From Candidatus Neomicrothrix sp. UBA4542 (lineage in GTDB: Bacteria > Actinomycetota > Acidimicrobiia > Acidimicrobiales > Poriferisodalaceae): a stretch of 64,000 nt of DNA. Position 1 is the first letter of the stretch. Each line of letters opens with the position of its first letter. The stretch lies in the NCBI GenBank assembly GCA_002388005.1, contig DGLO01000047.1, positions 45,390 through 109,389 on the forward strand, read 5' to 3'. Below the pieces are notes generated by a model that worked only from the letters and a program-made list of their open reading frames with translations, made no database searches and was not told where the DNA came from. Positions 29,055 to 38,289 of the stretch are shown here, in pieces. The translations under genes were made by a program, and so were the position numbers.

Positions 29055-30809
29055 GTGATGGCCGAGGAATACTTTGCTGGGACGAAGACATCTGATCGTT
29101 ACCCCATTTGGACCCGGGCCAATGTTGGGGAGGTGTTTCCTGACCCGGTGGCTCTGTCCACTTTTGACTTTGCGTTCCACAATGAAGATGGAATCCAGAT
29201 GAGCGAGCAGGGATTTCGTGACGCGTACATCAGAATTGGTGCATTCGAAGAGAGTGAATTCGACCCCGACAATCCAGTATTTCTAGGTGTTTTCGGAGGT
29301 TACACCTACCTCAACGCGTCTTTGATGCGGATCTTCGGTGAACGGGCACCAGGGCTTTCGGCTCAAGATATCGATGACGCGTTCTTTGGAGTACAACCCG
29401 GAATACCGCCCTATGAACAACATCCTGACGACGTCAGCCCCGAGGCTGAAGCCCGAATAGGCGAGGTGTTTGGATGGGCGCTGACGACCCCCGACCTTCC
29501 GGAAGTCTTGGCACAGGAACAGGAAGCGAATGCCTTACGCGATAGCCGGCCCGACTTTGCATCAATGGGGGACCATGAGCTCGTCGAATGGGTCGAAGAC
29601 TTCTTCCGGGATGGCTTCCAAGAGCTTTTCGCCCAACACATATTTATTAGCTTCTTAACCACTGTTCCGCTGGGCATTGTGTCCGCGGTATGCGAAGCCG
29701 TCGGGCGCCCGACTGACGCTATGAAAATTATGGCGGGGTTGGGAGATGTCGAGTCGGCCGCGCCTTCGATGGCGATGTGGGAACTTGGTCGCCACGCAGC
29801 ATCTTCGACCAGCGTCTCAGCGGCTTTCGAAACAGGCATCGAGGGCCTCGACGCTCGTCTGCGAGCCAGTAGCGAGCTTGAGTGCGGCGAATTTGTGGGT
29901 GCTTTTGATCAGTTCCTTCGCTCATACGGATCGCGGGGACCTAATGAGTGGGAAATGTCGTGTCCAACGTGGGAGACGGACCCTGACTTAGCTTTGGCGG
30001 CCATCGACCGCATGCGAGTTTCCCCAGCATCAGCGGCGCCGCAGGGCCACCAGGCTGATCTCGCCGCGGACCGCGAACGGTTGGTAGCTGAGATTGGCGC
30101 GATGCTCGAAGCGGACCCTGAGGCTCAGGGCCAATTCCTGGCCGGGGCACACGGAGCTTCAGTGTTAATGCCGGGTCGAGAACGAACAAAAACCAACTGT
30201 GTGAAATTTATTCAAGAAGCTCGGATGGCCGCTCGCGAGTTTGGTCGACGGATGGTTGAAAGAGGAATATTCCCTGACGTCTGTAGTTTCGCGATGCTGC
30301 GCTTCTCTGAGCAGCACGAGGCCATTGATAATCCTGAGGGATGGCGAGAACTCATCGAAGAACGGCAAGCGATTTTCGATACTGCGAGCAGCCGACAGGA
30401 ACCTTTCGTGATCGTCGGAGAGGCTGCGCCACTTTCGTCGTGGGATCGTCGCGACGCCATCACCGCAGAACCAGTGAGTAACGGCGACTCGATTCAGGGT
30501 ATGCCTGGCTGTCCAGGCGTATCGGAAGGTCGTGCTCGTATCATTTTGGATAGCCACGATCCGACGGCACTTGAGCCGGGTGACGTTTTGATCGCTCCGC
30601 TTACCGACCCTTCGTGGACGCCGTTATTTGTGCCCGCCGCCGGGGTTGTGGTTGATGTCGGTGCTGCTTTGAGTCACGCCATCATTGTGAGTAGAGAACT
30701 GGGTATTCCGTGCGTGGTGTCAGCCACTGACGCAACTAAGCGGATCCCCGACGGGGCGATGATTCGGGTCGATGGAGACACGGGAGTCGTAACTGTGCTT
30801 GAGGCCTAG
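29055..30809 (+). CDS. PEP-utilizing-enzyme mobile (swivel His) domain protein, rifampicin-phosphotransferase/PEP-synthase-like, with no obvious ATP-grasp domain
   Basis: C-terminal swivel-domain motif GCPGVSEGRARII...LTDPSWTPLF..AGVVVDVGAALSHAIIVSRELGIPCVV. AGGAGGA upstream; GTG 29055 / ATG 29058. Confidence 0.75.
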   Translation: MMAEEYFAGTKTSDRYPIWTRANVGEVFPDPVALSTFDFAFHNEDGIQMSEQGFRDAYIRIGAFEESEFDPDNPVFLGVFGGYTYLNASLMRIFGERAPGLSAQDIDDAFFGVQPGIPPYEQHPDDVSPEAEARIGEVFGWALTTPDLPEVLAQEQEANALRDSRPDFASMGDHELVEWVEDFFRDGFQELFAQHIFISFLTTVPLGIVSAVCEAVGRPTDAMKIMAGLGDVESAAPSMAMWELGRHAASSTSVSAAFETGIEGLDARLRASSELECGEFVGAFDQFLRSYGSRGPNEWEMSCPTWETDPDLALAAIDRMRVSPASAAPQGHQADLAADRERLVAEIGAMLEADPEAQGQFLAGAHGASVLMPGRERTKTNCVKFIQEARMAAREFGRRMVERGIFPDVCSFAMLRFSEQHEAIDNPEGWRELIEERQAIFDTASSRQEPFVIVGEAAPLSSWDRRDAITAEPVSNGDSIQGMPGCPGVSEGRARIILDSHDPTALEPGDVLIAPLTDPSWTPLFVPAAGVVVDVGAALSHAIIVSRELGIPCVVSATDATKRIPDGAMIRVDGDTGVVTVLEA

Positions 30810-30846
30810 AGCCCATAGAGAACCAGTGAAACTGGACTCGCGAGCA

Positions 30847-31671
30847 TCAACTATTTTCGTCCCATATCGGATCACGTTTTTCGGTGAGCGCTCTTACCCC
30901 TTCCCGAAAATCGGGACCGGTCATCGCGTCTTGCAGCAGCTCTTCTGAGTCGAGTACCGCCGCGCCGACATCTCGATGTTGGTCCAAGTAGATCTGTCGC
31001 TTCGTCATTCGCTGAGCTGACGGTGCGACTCGCATCGCAAGATCTTGAGCGTAGGCCTGGGCATGAATCAACAAATCCTCGGGTTCGAGGACATCGTTGA
31101 AGAGACCCCAGTCTTTTGTTTCACTGGCCAGTACCACTCTGCTGGATATCAAAAGGTCGTTCGCTCGAGTCAGACCGATCAATCTGGGTAATAGCCAAGA
31201 GAGTCCAAATTCTGCCGGCAGGCCAAGGGGCCCGTGGGCGGTCGTCAGTTTGGCGTCGTTTGCCGCGAATCGCAGATCGCAGTAGCAAGCCAAAACGAAT
31301 CCGACGCCAGCTGCGGCTCCGTTGACGGCAGCAATGGTCGTCACATTCAAACCGAACATGAACGCAAAGTTCTGATCGAATTGAGGTGCAACTCCATATC
31401 CGGGATTCGCCAGTTCAGCACCTGTCCCGGCGTCGTAACCGCCTTTTTCGATATGGCCTTCAAGTGCCTGACTGTCAGCCCCCACACAGAAGTCCTCTCC
31501 CATCCCGGTGATCACCACAGTCCGAATTTCAGGGTCAATTTCGGCCCGTTGAAGGAGATAACGGAGTTCAGTGTGCATCCGGCCAGTCCATGCGTTACGC
31601 CGTTGTGGCCGTGAAAGCGTCAATGTTGCCGTTGAGCCCGCAACGTCGAACGTCGTCGCTTTTAGTTCCAT
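30847..31671 (-). CDS. Enoyl-CoA hydratase/isomerase (crotonase) family
   Basis: Crotonase pattern RRNAWT...VVITGMGEDFCVGAD and AAVNGAAAGVGF. Confidence 0.88.
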   Translation of the reverse strand: MELKATTFDVAGSTATLTLSRPQRRNAWTGRMHTELRYLLQRAEIDPEIRTVVITGMGEDFCVGADSQALEGHIEKGGYDAGTGAELANPGYGVAPQFDQNFAFMFGLNVTTIAAVNGAAAGVGFVLACYCDLRFAANDAKLTTAHGPLGLPAEFGLSWLLPRLIGLTRANDLLISSRVVLASETKDWGLFNDVLEPEDLLIHAQAYAQDLAMRVAPSAQRMTKRQIYLDQHRDVGAAVLDSEELLQDAMTGPDFREGVRALTEKRDPIWDENS

Positions 31672-31685
31672 TCGTCTCTCCTAGA

Positions 31686-32447
31686 TCAACCTTCAATTAC
31701 GCGACGTAGCGCGGCGAGGGCATCATCGGCAAATTCCGTGCGACATATCAGTAAATCTGGAAGCCAAGGATCCTCGTAGTTGTAATCAAGCGGCGAGCCG
31801 TCGCAACGACTTGCATGAAGTCCTGCGGCCAACGCAACCGCGGCCGGCGCACAATTATCCCACTCGTATTGTCCCCCGCTGTGGGCATAAATATCTGCGT
31901 GCCCGAGAACTACGGCCATGGCTTTAGCTCCCGCAGAACCGAGAGCTAGGAGTTCAGCTCCGATTGCTTCAGCCACGATCATCGCGGCTGCAGGCGGTCG
32001 AGAACGGCTAACAACCATCCTTGGTCTTCCATCGTGGGGCGGAGCAAGTTGTGCTGGCGGGTCAGTAGCAAGGGTTGTGTTGATAGCGGGGAGAGCGACC
32101 GCCCCCGCGGTGGGTACCCCGCCTTCGGTCAACGCAACATGCACAGCCCAATCTGATCGGCCTTGCTCACCAAATTCTCGTGTTCCATCGAGCGGGTCGA
32201 CGATCCAGACACGGTCCTTGTCCAGCCGAATCAAATCGTCTTTTCCTTCTTCGGAAAGAATCCCGTCTTCGGGGAACTCGTCTTCAAGTGCTGCGACGAT
32301 GAAGCGATGGGCTTCCAAATCGCCCGTATCTTTGACGGTCCAGCTGTCCGCTCCTTGGGCAAATAATTGTTCCCGAATGTCCAGGAGTAACTGCCCGGCC
32401 TCAGTCGCGATTCGGCTTGCAATCACGTGATCGTCGGGGTTGGCCAT
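31686..32447 (-). CDS. cysQ: Inositol-monophosphatase-family 3'(2'),5'-bisphosphate nucleotidase (CysQ-like)
   Basis: Motifs SEEG, WIVDPLDGTREF and YEWDNCA. The ATG at 32447 has GGAGAA upstream; the track ORF extends to 32594 with a non-homologous leader. Confidence 0.8.
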   Translation of the reverse strand: MANPDDHVIASRIATEAGQLLLDIREQLFAQGADSWTVKDTGDLEAHRFIVAALEDEFPEDGILSEEGKDDLIRLDKDRVWIVDPLDGTREFGEQGRSDWAVHVALTEGGVPTAGAVALPAINTTLATDPPAQLAPPHDGRPRMVVSRSRPPAAAMIVAEAIGAELLALGSAGAKAMAVVLGHADIYAHSGGQYEWDNCAPAAVALAAGLHASRCDGSPLDYNYEDPWLPDLLICRTEFADDALAALRRVIEG

Positions 32448-32657
32448 GCTTTCTCCATGTATCGCTAGACATATTTGAGAGGCACTTTGGCTAAACAAAC
32501 GTTTAGCGGTTAGTGTTCCAGCCCGGTAAGGGGATTGTGACGAAACGATCACAAGGTGACTGTTTGCCTGTTTGACCGTATACCGTGCACGCACTCATAA
32601 CCGAGCAGAAAGCCGGTCGCGGGACCGGCAACCCGCAACAGAGAGGGACTCAAACAG

Positions 32658-33779
32658 ATGCGGAAAAAGACCATGTGGCGAATGCTTGCCACACTATTCG
32701 CTATCACCCTGGCCGCTTCGGCTTGTGGTGGAAGTGACTCAAGTGGCGACGACAGCACCGCTTCAGATGCTGGCGCAGCCGAAGAGGAGACTGAGGTAAC
32801 ACTTGCTGCAAGTGGCGAAAGCCTCCTGGACACGATTAAGAGCCGTGGCACCGTTAACTGTGGTGTATCTGGTTCTGCCGTGGCGTTCTCTGAACTCCAG
32901 GCTGACGGCAGCATGGCCGGCTTCGACGCCGACTATTGCCGTGTTGTGGCCGCCGCTATTCTTGGCGATGCGAACAAAGTGAACTTCGTGTCTTTGACTG
33001 CTGCCGAGCGTTTCACGGCAGTTCAGACTGGTGACGTTGATTTACTGATGCGTAACACCACCTGGACTCAGAGCCGTGACTCAGAAGTTGGTATGGACTT
33101 CGGTCCCACGACCTACTACGACGGCCAGCAGTTGATGGGCCGCGCAAGTGACGGCTTCTCAGGCTCTTCACAGGTATCGGATGTCGGCGGTTCAGTTATC
33201 TGCACCAGCGCTGGTACGACAACTGAGAAGAACATCGCTGACGCTGCAGCTGAAGCTGGCGTAAGTATCGAACTTCAGACTTTTGAAGACTTCGACACTG
33301 TCACCAACAACTTCATCTCAGGCGCATGTGACATCATCACGACTGACGGTTCGGGTCTTGTCGGCCGAAAGGCTAAGCAACAGCCCGACGGTGAGAACTG
33401 GGTAATTTTCCCAGCGACACCAATTTCGAAGGAGCCTCTGGGTCCGACATACGGTCAGAACGACTCCGCGTTTGCTGACGCGGTCAACTGGGCCGTCTAC
33501 GCAACCATCATCGCTGATGAAAAGGGCGTGAACTCAGGCAACGTCGACGAGATGCTGGCCGGAGGTGACACCGAAACCATTCGTCTCTTGGGTGGTGAAG
33601 GTGAACTCCAGACTGGAATGGGTCTGCCTGCAGACGCCTTCTACCAGGTCATCAAGCAGGTCGGTAACTACGACGAGATCTATAGCCGGAGCCTCAACCC
33701 AGTTGGGCTGAGTCGTGAAGGGTCGGCGAACGCCGCCTGGACCGCCGGTGGTCTTGTTTACGCTCCGCCTGCGCGCTGA
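32658..33779 (+). CDS. General amino-acid ABC transporter substrate-binding lipoprotein (AapJ/BztA-like)
   Basis: Lipobox LAASACGG. The mature-protein pattern resembles AapJ-type binding proteins. It is followed by cognate permeases and an ATPase. Confidence 0.85.
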   Translation: MRKKTMWRMLATLFAITLAASACGGSDSSGDDSTASDAGAAEEETEVTLAASGESLLDTIKSRGTVNCGVSGSAVAFSELQADGSMAGFDADYCRVVAAAILGDANKVNFVSLTAAERFTAVQTGDVDLLMRNTTWTQSRDSEVGMDFGPTTYYDGQQLMGRASDGFSGSSQVSDVGGSVICTSAGTTTEKNIADAAAEAGVSIELQTFEDFDTVTNNFISGACDIITTDGSGLVGRKAKQQPDGENWVIFPATPISKEPLGPTYGQNDSAFADAVNWAVYATIIADEKGVNSGNVDEMLAGGDTETIRLLGGEGELQTGMGLPADAFYQVIKQVGNYDEIYSRSLNPVGLSREGSANAAWTAGGLVYAPPAR

Positions 33780-33830
33780 TACAACACTGATTTTCGCGGG
33801 AGGCGTCTTACGTCGCCCCTATGAAATCTA

Positions 33831-33867
33831 GAAAGGGCTGGAGGTCAAATCGACCTCCAGCCCTTTC
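33831..33867 (+). terminator. Intra-operon stem-loop (16-bp perfect stem, 5-nt loop) after the binding-protein gene
   Basis: GAAAGGGCTGGAGGTC-AAATC-GACCTCCAGCCCTTTC, read directly. There is no clear U-tract, so this is an attenuator/stabiliser candidate rather than a canonical terminator. Confidence 0.6.
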
Positions 33868-33914
33868 ATCGCATCTAGGCTAAATACCGTCCACGTTCGA
33901 GTTGCCATATTTGT

Positions 33915-35459
33915 TTGAGAGGTAAACGCTTAGTGGCAAGTACCCCACCGCCTTCAATCCATCACGAACGTCCCCCGTTGTATCGAGATGTGACGGTGGT
34001 GAAGTGGGTAGTACAGATCGTCGCCCTGCTTTTGGTCCTCGGCACCCTCTGGTTTCTCGCTGACCAGGCGGGAGACAACCTGCGAGCTTCGAATGTTCCA
34101 ACCGATTACGACTTCTTGTCGGTTAACCCTGGGATAGATCTTTCCTCGGGTATCGACACCGATCCTGACACCGGGGGTCGCGCCCTGTGGGTTGGCATGG
34201 TCAACACGCTGCGTATGGCCGCGGCCGGCATCGCAGTCGCGACGCTTTTGGGAGTACTCGTTGGACTATCACGACTTTCCAATAACTGGCTCTTACGGAA
34301 ATTGGGGACAGTCTTCGTTGAGTCGCTTCGAAACGTCCCGCTTCTAGTTCAGATTCTGTTCTACGGAGCTGTCTTTGCGAGCTTGGATCGTGTCAGCAAG
34401 GACGTAGGGCCAATCAACGGGTGGTTCCATATTTCCAACAAGGGCCTCTCCATGCCCAGGGTCCACATTGCGGACGGCTTCTACCAGTGGATGATCGTTT
34501 TGATCATTGGTCTTGTGTGCGCGAACTTTCTCCGCAAACGACGCGTCGCGCAACAAGACGTCACCGGATCGGAGACATATCCAATTCTTAGCGCCTTCGG
34601 CGTGGTCGTTTTCTTCGGAATCGTGGGCTGGTTTGTCCATCCGATCTTTGGATTTATCGGGAGCATCTTCAATGGCGTGGCATCAGTTATTTCCTCAGTG
34701 CCTGAAAATATTCTTCAAATACTCATCGCTGTCGTCTCCCTAGGAGCCGGTGCATTCTGGATTCGCGGATTTCTAAATAGCAGGCGCACTCCCGCCGGTT
34801 TGGCGAAACTGACCGACGACGATTACTTCCGCATGATCTTTGCCGCGGCAGGAGGAGTCATCGGAGCCCTGTTCTTCTTGGTTCTGTGGCCAGGTTTATC
34901 CAGTTGGATTCTTAACTCAGGTAGGGACCTATTCGAAGTTCTGGGTGACAAATTTGGTAATGGGCGAAGTGGTCGACCCGTAGACGTCGATCTACCTGAC
35001 ATAGTGCAATCCGGAAAATTTCCGAACTACGGCCCATCAGGACTCAACTTTTCAATCGGATTCGCAGCCGTCTTCTTCGGTGTTGTGTTCTATACGGCAG
35101 CGTTTATTGCGGAGATCGTACGCGGCGGCATACTTGCCGTTCCCAAAGGTCAAACCGAAGCAGCTGCCGCATTGGGGCTTCGGCGTTCGACGGCGCTCCG
35201 CAGGGTAATAATCCCCCAAGCAGCGAGAGTCATGCTCCCGCCGTTGGGAAATCAGTACTTGAACCTCACGAAAAACACATCCTTGGCGATTGCGGTCGGG
35301 TACAGCGACATAGTCCAGGTTGGACAGACCGTGTACAACCAGACTGGAAAGACGCTCCCCGTCGTCTCGATATGGATGTTCTTCTACCTGTCGTGTTCGT
35401 TGTCGATATCGGTGATTGTCAACTTCTTCAACGTTCGTATGCGAATCGTGGAACGCTGA
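33915..35459 (+). CDS. Amino-acid ABC transporter permease (AapQ/BztB-like)
   Basis: Multi-TM protein with EAA-loop region GQTEAAAALGLRRSTALRRVIIPQA. The start is uncertain (TTG 33915 or GTG 33933). Confidence 0.88.
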   Translation: MRGKRLVASTPPPSIHHERPPLYRDVTVVKWVVQIVALLLVLGTLWFLADQAGDNLRASNVPTDYDFLSVNPGIDLSSGIDTDPDTGGRALWVGMVNTLRMAAAGIAVATLLGVLVGLSRLSNNWLLRKLGTVFVESLRNVPLLVQILFYGAVFASLDRVSKDVGPINGWFHISNKGLSMPRVHIADGFYQWMIVLIIGLVCANFLRKRRVAQQDVTGSETYPILSAFGVVVFFGIVGWFVHPIFGFIGSIFNGVASVISSVPENILQILIAVVSLGAGAFWIRGFLNSRRTPAGLAKLTDDDYFRMIFAAAGGVIGALFFLVLWPGLSSWILNSGRDLFEVLGDKFGNGRSGRPVDVDLPDIVQSGKFPNYGPSGLNFSIGFAAVFFGVVFYTAAFIAEIVRGGILAVPKGQTEAAAALGLRRSTALRRVIIPQAARVMLPPLGNQYLNLTKNTSLAIAVGYSDIVQVGQTVYNQTGKTLPVVSIWMFFYLSCSLSISVIVNFFNVRMRIVER

Positions 35460-35460
35460 T

Positions 35461-37368
35461 ATGACAGACATAACGCAAATCTCGACAGGTTCGAATGACG
35501 AACTAGATGCGCCCGAAGAAGCCGCCAGTCTTTCTGTGCGGCAATGGCTGCGCACAAACCTCTTCTCTAGCTGGACAAACGCGGCCCTGACATTGCTAGG
35601 CGGCTTTGCCGGGCTTTTGATGCTGCGAGGTGTCCTCAACTTTGTGTTTAGCGAGAACCGTGAATGGGATGCGGTTCGCACAAACCTTCGAGCTCTAATG
35701 ACGCTTTCCTATCCGGAATCACAATACGTGCGTGTGTGGGTGGCGTTGGGTTTCGTGGTGGGTCTTACGGGCTTGAGCGCTGGCATTTGGGCAAATTGGG
35801 GTGGGGTCTCAGTGAAACGAATGTCGACGTGGCTGATGGCTACCGGCGGCCTGATCATCCTTTGCGTTTTGGTGCGCGAGCCAAGCGTCTTAATTGATGG
35901 CGAAGGCAAAGCACTTCGCGACGTCGAAGGTCTCGTGCGGCGCGAGTCATTCTTGTCGGCGATGAACGACCGGCTCAGCTGGTGGATCGCCGCCATGCTC
36001 TTGTTAGCGATGGGAACAGCGATCTGGAGTCGATACAGCGACCCGATTCGTCGCAACGTCCAGGTCCCCGTCACCACCGTGGTGTGTGCTGGCTTGGGTT
36101 TAGCAACTCTGACTCTATGGCTAGTGCCTTATGGCCACTATGCCTTTGCTGATGGCGAATACATCGCCGAGCCAGGGAGCACAGTTGCATTTTCAACAAA
36201 AATGCCGTGGACCGTGATGTGGCTACTGTTGGTGACCTTTTTCCTTGCTGCTAGAAATCTTCGCGAAACGCGGTGGCTCGGCATCGCTAAAGGCGGCAGC
36301 AATCTTCTGTGGTTGATCAGCCCGATGACACTGTTTTGGGTAGTACTACGAGATCCCGACTTGGATTACGCCCACGTGCTTTCCACGGATCTACCGATGG
36401 GCGTGGCATTCGGGCTTCTTGGCGGGGTAGCCCTCTGGGCGCTAACTCGTGTCGGTGTTGGAGAAGGTGGACGATTAACGGCGGTCGCTCTGCTCGGTTT
36501 TGCGGTTTTCCATTGGGTGGCAGCGTTCTTTGGTTGGTACCCGATGCTCCAAAAAGCCAGGATAAGTTTCCTACTCCTGGCTCTAGCTGCTTTGCTCGCA
36601 CCGAACTTTATTGGGGAGGCAGCAAAACGGCGCCAGTTGATCATTGGCTGGTTGTCCGCGATGGCGTTGGTCCACTATTTGGCGACCATGATTAACACTC
36701 CGTCGACGGTTGAGCTCCAGTCGACGGAGTTCCTAGGCGGTCTGGGGCTAACCCTTTTCGTAGCTCTTATCGTTGTTCTTCTTTCGTTTCCGCTGGGCGT
36801 TCTGCTGGCTTTGGGTCGTACATCTAAGTTCCCGATCTTCAGGATCTTGTCAACGAGCTATATCGAAGTAATCCGCGGGGTGCCGCTGATCAGTGTGTTG
36901 ATCTTTTTCTCCGTGATGGTCCCCCTGTTCTTGCCCGACGGCATGGAGCTTGCAGAACTTGCTGCCGTTCTGACCGGGTACACCCTCTTTTCGGCCGCGT
37001 ACCTTGCTGAAAACGTGCGAGGAGGTTTGCAATCCGTAACAAAGGGCCAATACGAGGCGGCTGACGCCATTGGACTGACAGCGGCCCAACGCACTGGTTT
37101 CATCGTGCTGCCCCAGGCCCTAAGAGTTTCAATCCCACAGCTTGTGGGTCAGGTCATAGCAACTTTCAAAGAGACGTCCCTCCTCGCGATCATTGGCCTT
37201 TTTGATTTCCTGAGAGTCGCCAACTCGGTTATTCCGGCTCAAAGTGAATTCATGGGAGTCAAGCGAGAGGGCATCCTGCTCGTGGCGATGATCTACTTCT
37301 TCTTCAACTTCACTATCTCCAAATACAGCCAGCGCGTCGAACGTCGAGTTGGCCTTGGGGACAGATGA
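35461..37368 (+). CDS. Amino-acid ABC transporter permease (AapM/BztC-like) with a greatly extended N-terminal membrane region
   Basis: C-terminal core VIRGVPLISVL...GQYEAADAIGLTAAQRTGFIVLPQAL. The ATG at 35461 lies 1 nt after the upstream stop. About 635 aa. Confidence 0.88.
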   Translation: MTDITQISTGSNDELDAPEEAASLSVRQWLRTNLFSSWTNAALTLLGGFAGLLMLRGVLNFVFSENREWDAVRTNLRALMTLSYPESQYVRVWVALGFVVGLTGLSAGIWANWGGVSVKRMSTWLMATGGLIILCVLVREPSVLIDGEGKALRDVEGLVRRESFLSAMNDRLSWWIAAMLLLAMGTAIWSRYSDPIRRNVQVPVTTVVCAGLGLATLTLWLVPYGHYAFADGEYIAEPGSTVAFSTKMPWTVMWLLLVTFFLAARNLRETRWLGIAKGGSNLLWLISPMTLFWVVLRDPDLDYAHVLSTDLPMGVAFGLLGGVALWALTRVGVGEGGRLTAVALLGFAVFHWVAAFFGWYPMLQKARISFLLLALAALLAPNFIGEAAKRRQLIIGWLSAMALVHYLATMINTPSTVELQSTEFLGGLGLTLFVALIVVLLSFPLGVLLALGRTSKFPIFRILSTSYIEVIRGVPLISVLIFFSVMVPLFLPDGMELAELAAVLTGYTLFSAAYLAENVRGGLQSVTKGQYEAADAIGLTAAQRTGFIVLPQALRVSIPQLVGQVIATFKETSLLAIIGLFDFLRVANSVIPAQSEFMGVKREGILLVAMIYFFFNFTISKYSQRVERRVGLGDR

Positions 37369-37408
37369 TGGAACCTTCAACTAACTCTCCGATTGGGAGC
37401 AACAATTC

Positions 37409-38188
37409 ATGAGCATCGACGACGCAACAACAGTGGCCAGTGACAGACTGGCTGACCGCGAAGACATGATCGTGTGTGTAGATGTCGACAAATGGTACGG
37501 CGACTTTCAGGCGCTCAAGGGTGTCACGGCCACCATCAAAGAGGGTGAAGTCGCGGTGGTTTGCGGCCCTTCAGGTTCAGGCAAGAGCACATGGATTCGT
37601 TGCATCAATCGCCTTGAAGTTCATCAAGGAGGCGCCATCGTCGTCGACGGTATCGAATTGACTAACGACCTTCGGAACATTGAAAAGATTCGGTCCGAAG
37701 TAGGAATGGTTTTTCAACAATTCAATCTTTTCCCCCACCTGACCGTCCTTGACAACATCACCTTGGCCCCCATTTGGGTCCGCAAGAAACCTCGCGTTGA
37801 AGCAGAGAGCATGGCAAGAGCGTTGCTAGATCGAGTAGGGATTCCCGAACAGGCCGAAAAATTCCCTGGGCAACTATCAGGTGGGCAACAGCAGCGCGTC
37901 GCCATTGCACGGTCGCTTGCGATGGAGCCCCGCGTGATGCTTTTTGATGAACCCACCTCTGCACTGGACCCAGAAATGATCAAGGAAGTCCTCGACGTCA
38001 TGAAGGAGTTGGCGCGCTCGGGTATCACGATGATGGTCGTCACCCATGAGATGGGTTTCGCTAGAGAGGTCGCTGATCGAATCATGTTCATGGAGGGTGG
38101 AGAAATAGTTGAGGTCGGAACCCCCGAACATTTCTTCACCAATCCGACAGAGGACAGAACGAAACTCTTCTTGAGTCAGATCTTGTAG
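37409..38188 (+). CDS. Amino-acid ABC transporter ATP-binding protein (AapP/GlnQ-like)
   Basis: Walker [10 protein letters not shown], signature [13 protein letters not shown], and Walker [12 protein letters not shown]. Confidence 0.95.
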   Translation: MSIDDATTVASDRLADREDMIVCVDVDKWYGDFQALKGVTATIKEGEVAVVCGPSGSGKSTWIRCINRLEVHQGGAIVVDGIELTNDLRNIEKIRSEVGMVFQQFNLFPHLTVLDNITLAPIWVRKKPRVEAESMARALLDRVGIPEQAEKFPGQLSGGQQQRVAIARSLAMEPRVMLFDEPTSALDPEMIKEVLDVMKELARSGITMMVVTHEMGFAREVADRIMFMEGGEIVEVGTPEHFFTNPTEDRTKLFLSQIL

Positions 38189-38289
38189 TGATTGCCCTGC
38201 CTGGGGAGCCCACACCATCCTGATCGCAGGGGCTCATGCCTGCGTCCACAGTGACGTATGGATTCGATGGCGTGCTCTCCGAATGAGAT

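Noticed and set aside
28734-29180. 148-aa minus-strand ORF covering the divergent promoter region and the 5' end of the PEP-utilizing-enzyme gene
   Set aside because: It overlaps the starts of two supported genes and contains the 13-bp inverted repeat. It has no motifs, so it is likely a chance open frame.
29055-30809. Annotating the PEP-utilizing-domain protein as a rifampicin resistance phosphotransferase
   Set aside because: Only the swivel His domain is recognisable by eye. The ATP-grasp module appears to be missing, and the substrate-binding region cannot be assigned without a profile or structure comparison.
35052-35681. 209-aa minus-strand ORF across the junction of the two ABC permease genes
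   Set aside because: It is antisense to conserved permease sequence (EAA-loop region), has Arg/Ser-rich composition, and shows no homology pattern.
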